Shown: piece by piece, positions 7,020-15,443 of the stretch
How positions within the stretch are numbered: position 1 is the first letter of the stretch
Layout of the letters: every line of letters starts with the position of its first letter
IMG/VR virus record: IMGVR_UViG_3300031694_000026
Location: 1-31,762 of that record
DNA from: a virus
Taxonomy: Duplodnaviria > Caudoviricetes
Length of the DNA stretch: 31,762 nucleotides
Reading direction: 5' to 3' (one strand)
Made by a program: the position numbers and the translations under genes
Notes under the pieces: generated by a model
Told to the model about the DNA's origin: nothing
The model's database searches: none
Seen by the model: only the letters and a program-made list of their open reading frames with translations

Positions 7020-7949
7020 CTATTTAAGTCCATAAAGTTGACAACTGATATTAGTTATAGTTCCAGAAGAAGGCATATAAAGAGTGATACCAGTATATGC
7101 AGATGAACTTGATTGACAAGAATGTCCACCAGTCATCACATTTTTATAATTACCAGCACTTTTCATTGTACACCATTTACTACTCAATGTTGCTGTTCTA
7201 TTAGCACCTGCATTAAACCAAACATCTAACTGTGAACCTATTAGAACATTTGTAGAGTTTGCTGACCAATAGGGAGCAAATTTTATATAGTTAGCACTAT
7301 GCATTAAAACTTGGTCGAAGCCGCCAGAACCATTTGTGTCCATATATTTACCGAAACTTAATGTATTATAATCATTACTACTTACTTCTGTGTTAGTACC
7401 AGTTAGAAATCTCAGACTTATATCTTCAGCAGTACCAGTTACAAAATCTCCTAGTTTTAAATAATATGACTTATATGTAGAACTAATAACATTTTGAAAG
7501 TTAAAACTATTAACACCACTTCCACTATAACTATAGTCTGCTAATTTTACATAATCAGAACTTGCTACAGCAGGTGTTGTCCATGCAGGGTGTGAGCCAG
7601 TTTGCACTAAGTGTTGTCCATGAGTACCTTTAGCTAGTCTTGTTAATCCGCTTCCATCTCTGAAAAGTAAATCACCTTGTGTCGTTAGTGTTGTTGCTAA
7701 ATCAACATTACTATTTAAAGCTGTTGAAGGTAATCTAGCATCTGGTATTGTTCCTGAAGTCAATTTATCTGTAGAGATATTTGGTATCTCATTAGCATCT
7801 AAAGTAATTCTAGCATTTGGTATTGTACCTGAAGTTAAGTTAGTTGCTGAAAGATTAGTTAAATCAACAGCAGGTACATTATCTAAACTAGCTGATTTTA
7901 CATCTCCATTTGCGTCTAGTAAATCTGCAATATTTCTTGCTTTTGTCAT
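7020..7949 (-). CDS. Tail fibre / receptor-binding protein 3
   Basis: MTKARNIADL start, two LTSGTIPxAR repeats, LTTQGDLLFRDGSGLTRLAKG module, then a beta-rich tip ending QLYGLK. Confidence 0.7.
   Translation of the reverse strand: MTKARNIADLLDANGDVKSASLDNVPAVDLTNLSATNLTSGTIPNARITLDANEIPNISTDKLTSGTIPDARLPSTALNSNVDLATTLTTQGDLLFRDGSGLTRLAKGTHGQHLVQTGSHPAWTTPAVASSDYVKLADYSYSGSGVNSFNFQNVISSTYKSYYLKLGDFVTGTAEDISLRFLTGTNTEVSSNDYNTLSFGKYMDTNGSGGFDQVLMHSANYIKFAPYWSANSTNVLIGSQLDVWFNAGANRTATLSSKWCTMKSAGNYKNVMTGGHSCQSSSSAYTGITLYMPSSGTITNISCQLYGLK
7626..7704. repeat. Direct repeat A, copy 2 (paired with 9011-9089)
   Basis: Manual ungapped alignment: 67/79 identical. Confidence 0.9.
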
Positions 7950-7987
7950 TGATTTTATTTCCTATAATTTGTTGTTGTGAATTTTGT

Positions 7988-8013
7988 AAGGCTAGATATT
8001 TTTACCTAGCCTT
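7988..8013 (-). other. Intergenic stem-loop between the two fibre cassettes
   Basis: AAGGCUAGGUA-AAAA-UAUCUAGCCUU, an 11-bp stem with one G.U pair and no downstream U-run on the coding strand. Confidence 0.6.
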
Positions 8014-8019
8014 TAAGTA

Positions 8020-8304
8020 TTATTCTGGTGTGAAACCAGTAAGTGCTGTTGCTTCTGCTTGTGTTAAACCTAAACCTAATAGTTTAGTGTTACCACTTGC
8101 TTTAGCAGTTATACTAGCTTGTGCTGTATCTACCATTGCTTGTATTTCTTCAGCAGTTGGTTCATTAGATGTAAATGTACTTCCATCATAACTAAAACCT
8201 GCTTTAATTGTGTTATCACAATCAACCCAAGTCATTGTAGGTGCTACTTCAAATTCATTTTCTTGAACATCTACTACTTTATTTTCGAATATTAATGCCT
8301 TCAT
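8020..8304 (-). CDS. Putative tail-fibre chaperone/accessory protein 1
   Basis: WVDCDNTIKAGFSYDGSTF resembles fibre-assembly proteins; lies directly after the Gly-rich fibre gene. Confidence 0.65.
   Translation of the reverse strand: MKALIFENKVVDVQENEFEVAPTMTWVDCDNTIKAGFSYDGSTFTSNEPTAEEIQAMVDTAQASITAKASGNTKLLGLGLTQAEATALTGFTPE
8026..8102. repeat. Direct repeat B, copy 1
   Basis: 70/77 identical to 6783-6859. Confidence 0.92.
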
Positions 8305-8305
8305 A

Positions 8306-9310
8306 TTATGCGTACTCCTCTACGTAAACTACTCCGTTTTTTGGTTGTTGCCCTGCGTTGTTACCAGAACTTCGACCACCACCACCTCCACCGAAAGCTC
8401 CTCCAGTTGCCGAACCTGCACTATAACCACCACCAGTTGAACCAGAACCCCAAAAAGTTCCACCACCAGACATTCCACCTGCTTGATAACTGGAACTTTC
8501 TCTACTAGCTGTTTGAGACATTCCACCTCCACCAGTAATATTAATAAAGCCACTTGAAGCAGTTCCACCATTTCCACCTTGAGAATATGAATATGACTGT
8601 GATTTTACACCACCATTTCCAGTACAATAAGAACCAAATGAACTTGTTCCTCCAGTTGTACCTTCATAATTAGTCCCACCAGTTTCATAACCATTAACAC
8701 CTGCTGTACCAACAGTAACATTAACAGTAGCAACTCCACTTAAATCTATAAAGTCGATAGCAGTTCCACCACCACCTCCTCCTGCACCACAACCACCTGC
8801 ATGGTAGTAAACCTCATTTATAGCATCAGAACCACCTCCTGCACCAGTAACTATAACTTTTACTTTAGTTACACCTGAAGGTTTTGTGTAAGTGCTTGAA
8901 CCTGTACTAGTAAAGACTTGTATGGATTGCATACCACCTCCACCACCACTCGGTGTGTACCATTCAGGTGCAGTTGCACCAGAGTTTATTCTTAACTCTT
9001 GGTTTGCTGAACCTTTAGCTAATCTTTGTAATCCACTTCCATCTCTGTAAAGTATATCGCCTTGTGTTGTTAAAGTTGTTGATAAGTCAGTTCCATTAGA
9101 ACCATTAGAACCATTAGTTCCATTAGTTCCTGCTGTAGACATTATATTCCAGTAAGCTGTTGCGTTGCCTACTGCTTGATTTGAATGTGCTTGAATACAA
9201 ACATAACTATTACCACCAGATGAAACTACATCATCAATGGAATATGTAGTGCCACTATTGTAAGCACCCTTCCAGTTAAATTTGATAGCACCCAGATTGA
9301 TTGTTGCCAT
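8306..9310 (-). CDS. Tail fibre / receptor-binding protein 2 (Gly-rich tip)
   Basis: N-terminal WKGAYNSGTTYSIDDVVSSGGNSYVC (CBM5/12-like), short G-x-N triplet run, LTTQGDILYRDGSG module, Gly-rich domain ending GVVYVEEY. Confidence 0.75.
   Translation of the reverse strand: MATINLGAIKFNWKGAYNSGTTYSIDDVVSSGGNSYVCIQAHSNQAVGNATAYWNIMSTAGTNGTNGSNGSNGTDLSTTLTTQGDILYRDGSGLQRLAKGSANQELRINSGATAPEWYTPSGGGGGMQSIQVFTSTGSSTYTKPSGVTKVKVIVTGAGGGSDAINEVYYHAGGCGAGGGGGGTAIDFIDLSGVATVNVTVGTAGVNGYETGGTNYEGTTGGTSSFGSYCTGNGGVKSQSYSYSQGGNGGTASSGFINITGGGGMSQTASRESSSYQAGGMSGGGTFWGSGSTGGGYSAGSATGGAFGGGGGGRSSGNNAGQQPKNGVVYVEEYA
9011..9089. repeat. Direct repeat A, copy 1
   Basis: 67/79 identical to 7626-7704. Confidence 0.9.
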
Positions 9311-9321
9311 GTTTTATTTCC

Positions 9322-11580
9322 TTATATTGTTGATATTAAATTGCCATTTGAATTAATGCTAAAGACAAAGCCTGAAGCACTAAATAAAACATCATCAAAG
9401 TTGGCATATTGACTTTCAGTGATGTTATCTTGACCTTGATTGGTCGTAATTACTCTCATGTTATTTAAAGCAGGTGTTGGTGTATTTGCTGTTCCACCCA
9501 TATTTGTATGAGAAGAACAATAATAATAAAGTGTAGGTGCATTAGTAGCCACTACGATTGTTACTTGTGTTGAACTGTTATGAGTTACACCTGTTGTATA
9601 TTCAGAACCACTTGCGTGAGTTCCATTTGAAGTTGTTGAAAATTTAAATGGGTGTGCTGAAGGATAATTAAATACATAAGTATTACCTTCATATAAATCT
9701 AAAGCGTCTTGTTGAACACCATCTATAAAGTATTTATTTGCACCATCAACTGAAACTACTGTTACAGTTTTAACTAAAGTAGAAGCTGAGAAAAACTTTT
9801 CAAAACCATAAACTTCTGCACTTGATGTAGAACCATATTCTAAACCATTAGCTGACGCATTTACTTTTAATGCTTGTCCTGCTGTACCGATTGCAGTTAA
9901 ACCTGTACCACCTTTAGAAGTTGGTACTGTTGGTAATCTTGCTGAATTTATTGTTCCTGAATTAATTGCTGAACCTGCCACACTAGCTACATTAAATGTA
10001 CCAAATCCAACTATATAAAGAATGTCTCCTGTAGAAGCACCTGTTGCTAATACTATTGAAGAACCAGTTGTAGCTGTAAAATCTGTAGGGTCTAAGTGAA
10101 CACCATTCAAATAAACATCTAAATATAAAGGGTCATAAGCTAAAGTATTACTACTTGCATCTGAACCTGTAAAAGTTGTTTGGTTGTTTGTTGCTACATA
10201 TTTAAATCTAGCTGAAGTTCCATTAATAGAACTACCTGCACTTTGAAAACCAGAAGCACCATAAACTTTTAAAATATTGTTTGTACTGTCCCACCATAAA
10301 TCTCCACTATCTAGTGAACTTGTGGGTGCGTTAGCTGAAATTCTATATTGATTACCAAAAGCATTTACTGAATCTAAATTTGTATTAACATTATTAATTG
10401 CAGTTATAGCACCACCTACATTATTAATATTAGTGGTTGCACCTGCTACTGCATTTATATTTGTTGAATTACCATTTACAGTATTAATAGCTGACGACAT
10501 TCCTGCAACTGTAGTTACATTAGCTTTTATATTTTCTATTGCAGATATATCAGATGCAATACCTGCAACTGCTGTTATGTTCGAATTTGCTCCTGCTACA
10601 GTATTAATATTTGAATTATTTCCTGCAACTATATTTATATTAGAAGCATTACCATTTACAGTTCCTATCGCTGAATTTAATCCTGCTACTGTATTTATAT
10701 TTGAATTATTTCCTGCAACAGTATTAATGTTTGTAGAATTTGAATTTACAGCATTTATATTTGTTGAATTATTATTTACTGCTGTAATTGTAGAAGATAT
10801 TCCTGCTACTGTATTCACGTTTGCGATAGCCCCACCGACTGTATTTACGTTTGCGATTGCTCCTGCAACTACATCAATCTCTGAACTAGCTTCGTTTAAA
10901 TCGTCTGCAACTGTTTCAATTTCTGAAACTGCTTCTGCTAAATCATTTGCTACTGCAATTACTTTTGCAATATCACTTGCTACTGTGTTTACTGAACCTA
11001 TAGAACCTGCAACTAAATTTACATTTGTAGAATTTGAGTTTACAGTATTTATAGCTGTTGCACTGCTGTTCACAGCATTTATAGCTGAAATATTTGCATT
11101 AACATTTGTTAAAGCTGTTTTGTTAGCTGTAGTTAAGAAAGTGTTTTCTAAATAATCTTTTGTAGCCGCATCTTGTGCTGACGTAGGGTTTGCTACATTT
11201 TTTAATCTTTTGTTTCCTACATTATATTGGAAATCTGAGTTGTCTAATGAGATTACATCTGAGGCATCATCAATAGCTTCTTGTGACATAAAGAATGCTT
11301 GTTCACTATCTGTGTCTAAATCATTTTCTGTTAAAACTGAGCCATCAGCATAATCTGTAAGCCTTGCAGTCTGAGAGGTTTTTCTCCTAATCTCAATAGC
11401 TGAAGCATTCGCAGGTGCAGTATTAAATGTTAAAGTTGTTCCTGCGGCGTTCAGTGTAAATGCTGTAGTAGCTGTTCCTGAAACCGTTACTGTTAAATCT
11501 GTTGCCGCTCTGTAGCTAAAAGATATAGCAAAAGCTGTTGTACTAGCGTTACCTGTGTAACGTACAAAACTATTTGCCAT
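9322..11580 (-). CDS. Main tail fibre (T7 gp17-like N-terminal adaptor)
   Basis: MANSFVRYTGNASTTAFAISFSY, IEIRRKT and DGSVLTENDLD match the gp17 N-terminal domain; repetitive shaft; located after gp16. Confidence 0.9.
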   Translation of the reverse strand: MANSFVRYTGNASTTAFAISFSYRAATDLTVTVSGTATTAFTLNAAGTTLTFNTAPANASAIEIRRKTSQTARLTDYADGSVLTENDLDTDSEQAFFMSQEAIDDASDVISLDNSDFQYNVGNKRLKNVANPTSAQDAATKDYLENTFLTTANKTALTNVNANISAINAVNSSATAINTVNSNSTNVNLVAGSIGSVNTVASDIAKVIAVANDLAEAVSEIETVADDLNEASSEIDVVAGAIANVNTVGGAIANVNTVAGISSTITAVNNNSTNINAVNSNSTNINTVAGNNSNINTVAGLNSAIGTVNGNASNINIVAGNNSNINTVAGANSNITAVAGIASDISAIENIKANVTTVAGMSSAINTVNGNSTNINAVAGATTNINNVGGAITAINNVNTNLDSVNAFGNQYRISANAPTSSLDSGDLWWDSTNNILKVYGASGFQSAGSSINGTSARFKYVATNNQTTFTGSDASSNTLAYDPLYLDVYLNGVHLDPTDFTATTGSSIVLATGASTGDILYIVGFGTFNVASVAGSAINSGTINSARLPTVPTSKGGTGLTAIGTAGQALKVNASANGLEYGSTSSAEVYGFEKFFSASTLVKTVTVVSVDGANKYFIDGVQQDALDLYEGNTYVFNYPSAHPFKFSTTSNGTHASGSEYTTGVTHNSSTQVTIVVATNAPTLYYYCSSHTNMGGTANTPTPALNNMRVITTNQGQDNITESQYANFDDVLFSASGFVFSINSNGNLISTI
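10380..11110. repeat. Degenerate 30-bp (10-aa) tandem repeat shaft in the tail fibre
   Basis: Units such as NINTVAGNNS / NINTVAGLNS / NINIVAGNNS / NINTVAGANS; TCCTGC/ACCTGC recurs at multiples of 30 bp. Confidence 0.85.
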
Positions 11581-11612
11581 GTGTTATTTTCCTTATTTTG
11601 GGTTGAATTCTT

Positions 11613-11630
11613 CTAAAAGGGGTACTTTTT
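11613..11630 (-). promoter_or_regulatory. Candidate phage RNAP late promoter (phi17-like position)
   Basis: Minus strand AAAAAGTACCCCTTTTAG in the gp16-fibre intergenic gap, upstream of SD TAAGGA. Confidence 0.65.
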
Positions 11631-11642
11631 AATATGAACTAA

Positions 11643-14600
11643 TTATTGAGATAATAACTCTAAAGTTTCATAATGTTTGTTGTATTTCTTGTCTAAGTTC
11701 TCATACAATGCTTTCTGTCTTTCAGCAAATTCTGGGAACTCACTCATCATTTCTTCTTTTGCAAATCTGTCTACTGATTTTACAAAGTCAATAATAACTT
11801 GGGCTTGTTCATCTTTACCATTAACTGTGCCTTGTGGGTGCATGTAGATTTCGCTGTTTTTATCTAATATCATTTTTTCTACATACTCAGCTAATGTATA
11901 TTGTTTACCATCATAAGACTTATCGTAAATAATATTTCCACCTTCATCTACAGTAGTCTCATTCTTGATTTCTAATAGTCTATCGTAAGCTGTTTGGTTC
12001 TTATCATTTCTCATATCTTTAAGATTTAAAGATGAAGCATCACCTTTAAGTCTGATACTTTGTATTGGGTGTGAATACTTAAATTCTCTTTCTCTTATAA
12101 ATTTAGCTGTCTCTGTATTTTTAAAATTAGTCATAGCAAACGGAGATGACCATAGACCTGTCTCGCCTCCTAATCCAAATAACCAACCATTTTTTCTATC
12201 AATCTTTTCACCAAACATATTACGTCTAGGCATGATTGATGTTTTGCTTTGGAATGGAAGTCTTAATCTATCGCTTAATGTATATAATTCTCTTTCCCAT
12301 TCATCATTAACTCTATCTACATATCTTAAACCACCTGATAAAGGGAATGCTTTATAAACAAATTGAGATGCTATTTGTGTCCCCATTCTTTCAGGTTTTT
12401 TAGTAAACATAATGTCATCTGATGTCATCATATTCACTAACTCTACAATATTCTTAGTATAGAATTTAGATGTTATATTTCTTGTAAGTGTAGCAACAAC
12501 ACCCATAATTAATTCAGTTGTATCTTTTTCTACTACTGGGTCTAAATCATCTGTATGTTTTAGCTTGTCATTAAATAAAGAAATTAAATCTGCCGCAATA
12601 AAGAATGGCATCATAAGAGGGTCTAATCTGTTTAAAGAAATATATCTACCATCATCTGTTTTATATGAGTAAGCCTGTTCACCTGTGTTCTGTTCTACGT
12701 CTCTTTGTTTTTTATAGTTAATGTCACCACCTCCTACAATCTTGCCAGACATAGCTAAACTAATTGCACTTCCCCATAACGCCCAACCCATTTGTATTCT
12801 TGCAGTAGCTTCTGCCGCCGCTTCAGGATTAAGGTATTCTTTTTTTCTAAATGGATTTAAACCTCTAGCAATTTCACTTCTAATTTTACCATTTCGCATT
12901 CCTTTTTCTGCCAACATATGTCCCATTTGAAATTGAAATCTACCAAGAAAAGGTAAATGCTGTGCTGACCATCTTAATAAGTTTGATGGTGTATTTACAA
13001 AGTGAAGACCAAGTAGCCTTAAAGATTTATGTTTTGTAGCAACTCTTAAAAGAGAACCTGTAAATTTATCTTCTAGTTCTTTTGTATTAGGATTTATTTG
13101 ACCTACATTTCCAGTATATGACCCTTCCTGTGCGTGATACAAAGGTGAATTTAATCTAGCATTTACTGTTTTATCAATTTCTATTGCTGAACCATTTTCT
13201 CTAATATACTCACCTTCTATTTCTTTTGCTCTTTTTTTATAAGCATCAGCATAACTAATGTCAGTTAACTTTAATTTAGTATCTTTTATTACACTAAACT
13301 CTGGGTTTTCTTTTAATATTCTTGAGTTAATCAAAGATGTCATTCTAGCTTTAAACATCATAGATTTAAGAAATTCATCACCTGCTGATAAAACTCTCAT
13401 AGGTGCAGAGACCGTTCTACCTGCTCCTTTAAATGCACCTGTTACTATTTTACCTAATCTAGTTCCATCTAAACCTACAAGGTTAGTTACAGTTTCACCC
13501 CAAGCATCAAATAAATCTTGAAGCTGTCCTTGCCTCATAGTGCTATCATGTTTCATCTGTCTACTATCAAGTATGGCTCGACCTTCATAAAATGATTTAC
13601 CTGCTCTTTTTAAAGCATGTCCAATAAATGCAAATTGATATAGATAAGTTTGTAAGGCTTCTCTCATAATTACTTTTGCTCTGTCTGCATCTCTTAAATA
13701 CATGTTAGCACCTCTCAACATCATAGTTGCAGGTTTCCACTGTGTCTGTACCAGACCAGATACAATGTTTAGTATGTGTGTGTCAGGAGAAGATAGAAGG
13801 TTATTGTTTACAAATTCAGTTGCAATATCCCATTTATCAACTTCTCTAGCATTTTGTAATGCTCTAATAATTTGGTCTCTGTCAGATAGTTTACCAACAG
13901 CATTCATAAATTCCCATTTTTGTTCAGGAGTTCCATTTGCTAATTTAGACATTTTAGGGTCTTCAGGGTCAGCCATAAGTTTTGCGGCTCTTGCACCATC
14001 AGCATCTATGTTATTTGCATTTAATCCTCTAGCTACGTTTGTACCCATCTCAGATTTAACTTCTAACATTTCTTTGACATCTGCCATCTGTCTATCAAAG
14101 TCAGCTATCATTTGTAATTTTTCAGCAGGTAACAAATCAAGCCTGTTACTCTCTGTGCCTAACCCACCCATAATGTCGTATCTACTTTTAATAGCGTCTC
14201 CTTGTGCAACCATAGTTGCATAAAGTTTAGTAAATTCCTCACCATAAGCTACTCTTTCTGCCGCTTCTTTTAATTTCTTAGGGTCAGCACCAAATCTAGT
14301 GACTGCATCAGCAATCATTTCAGCGTGAGTAATCTTTTTCTTTTTTAATTTTTCTGTAACTTCTTCAATCGTAAATTTAATTAATGCTTCAGTGCTAGTC
14401 GTTTGGTCTGAACTGACATTATTAAGTCTGACAGCGTTGTTTGAAAGTTTAGGGGGTTTATCATCAGCATCTATTTTACTGGAATTAAGGTCATTGATAT
14501 ATTCTTTTGTAGTTTTAGGAGAAGGTTTATTTTTTAAAGTTGGAGTATTATCGTCTGGTATCAGTTCATCAAACAGTCTTGCACCTGTTATATTGCTCTG

Positions 14601-15440
14601 CCCTTTTTGTTCTATCTCTAGTAATTTTTTAACACTTTTTCTTCTTAAAGAGTTGTTAGTCATTTTAAAAGCACCTGCGGCGAAGACAGAACCAAAAGCT
14701 GTTCCAAAACCAAAACCTGCGGCTGAAGCTATTGCACCTCTACCTGCACTATATTTTTCTTGTATTCCTGCTTCTATGTTTGTGTGTTGTAATAAAGCAT
14801 CTTGACCACCTGCTATAACTGTATTGATAACACCTTCAGTCAATCCACCTTTTACCATTGCTTTACCTAATGCTTGTTTCTGTGCATATTTAGATGTTTC
14901 TTTCAGTGCTTTTTCATTTATTTCACCTGCGATTTTATCTTTTAAAGTAACTCTTAATGCTTGTTTGTATGCTTGTTTAGCCGCTTGACCTCCAACACCT
15001 GCACCAACTATGTTAACAGGGTCAAGTATCATTGCACTTCCATTATCAACTAACCATGCACCAAAACTTCTATTTGGGTCATTCCAAAATGAAGGAAGGT
15101 TTTCATAAGTTTGTGATATGTATGCAAATTCTTTTAACCTATCTTCATTGTCTTCACCCATAACATTAGATAAATCCATACCCATAGATACAGTGTTGTT
15201 AGTTCTCCAAGACCTATCTTCATAGAAATAATCTAATAATTCTACATGGGTCATTCTATTAAATTTCTTGTCGTCTTCTCTGTAAGAATAATAACTACTT
15301 AATGTTTTGTAGAAGTCTTCTGTTTGTATCTGCTCTAAAGCATCATTTTCATTAGTTGCTACTGTAGGTACTTTATAAGGAGTAGTTAAGGTAGTGTCGT
15401 TCTCTTCTGTTGTTGTGCTGAATAAGTCTAAACTTGCCAT
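11643..15440 (-). CDS. Internal virion / ejection protein (T7 gp16 position)
   Basis: 1265 aa, helical, with A/G-rich hydrophobic segments; assigned by size and synteny before the tail fibre. Confidence 0.75.
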   Translation of the reverse strand: MASLDLFSTTTEENDTTLTTPYKVPTVATNENDALEQIQTEDFYKTLSSYYSYREDDKKFNRMTHVELLDYFYEDRSWRTNNTVSMGMDLSNVMGEDNEDRLKEFAYISQTYENLPSFWNDPNRSFGAWLVDNGSAMILDPVNIVGAGVGGQAAKQAYKQALRVTLKDKIAGEINEKALKETSKYAQKQALGKAMVKGGLTEGVINTVIAGGQDALLQHTNIEAGIQEKYSAGRGAIASAAGFGFGTAFGSVFAAGAFKMTNNSLRRKSVKKLLEIEQKGQSNITGARLFDELIPDDNTPTLKNKPSPKTTKEYINDLNSSKIDADDKPPKLSNNAVRLNNVSSDQTTSTEALIKFTIEEVTEKLKKKKITHAEMIADAVTRFGADPKKLKEAAERVAYGEEFTKLYATMVAQGDAIKSRYDIMGGLGTESNRLDLLPAEKLQMIADFDRQMADVKEMLEVKSEMGTNVARGLNANNIDADGARAAKLMADPEDPKMSKLANGTPEQKWEFMNAVGKLSDRDQIIRALQNAREVDKWDIATEFVNNNLLSSPDTHILNIVSGLVQTQWKPATMMLRGANMYLRDADRAKVIMREALQTYLYQFAFIGHALKRAGKSFYEGRAILDSRQMKHDSTMRQGQLQDLFDAWGETVTNLVGLDGTRLGKIVTGAFKGAGRTVSAPMRVLSAGDEFLKSMMFKARMTSLINSRILKENPEFSVIKDTKLKLTDISYADAYKKRAKEIEGEYIRENGSAIEIDKTVNARLNSPLYHAQEGSYTGNVGQINPNTKELEDKFTGSLLRVATKHKSLRLLGLHFVNTPSNLLRWSAQHLPFLGRFQFQMGHMLAEKGMRNGKIRSEIARGLNPFRKKEYLNPEAAAEATARIQMGWALWGSAISLAMSGKIVGGGDINYKKQRDVEQNTGEQAYSYKTDDGRYISLNRLDPLMMPFFIAADLISLFNDKLKHTDDLDPVVEKDTTELIMGVVATLTRNITSKFYTKNIVELVNMMTSDDIMFTKKPERMGTQIASQFVYKAFPLSGGLRYVDRVNDEWERELYTLSDRLRLPFQSKTSIMPRRNMFGEKIDRKNGWLFGLGGETGLWSSPFAMTNFKNTETAKFIREREFKYSHPIQSIRLKGDASSLNLKDMRNDKNQTAYDRLLEIKNETTVDEGGNIIYDKSYDGKQYTLAEYVEKMILDKNSEIYMHPQGTVNGKDEQAQVIIDFVKSVDRFAKEEMMSEFPEFAERQKALYENLDKKYNKHYETLELLSQ

Positions 15441-15443
15441 TTA

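Noticed and set aside
6783-9089. Diversity-generating retroelement TR/VR pair
   Set aside because: Mismatches between repeat copies are not confined to adenines on either strand, both copies are coding, and no reverse transcriptase lies in the window.
6774-9310. Invertase-driven tail-fibre shufflon
   Set aside because: The repeats are direct rather than inverted, both cassettes have their own start and SD on the same strand, and there is no adjacent recombinase.
10433-11155. 240-aa plus-strand ORF and the other plus-strand ORFs in the track
   Set aside because: Antisense shadows of minus-strand genes caused by codon bias and repeats; no recognisable motifs.
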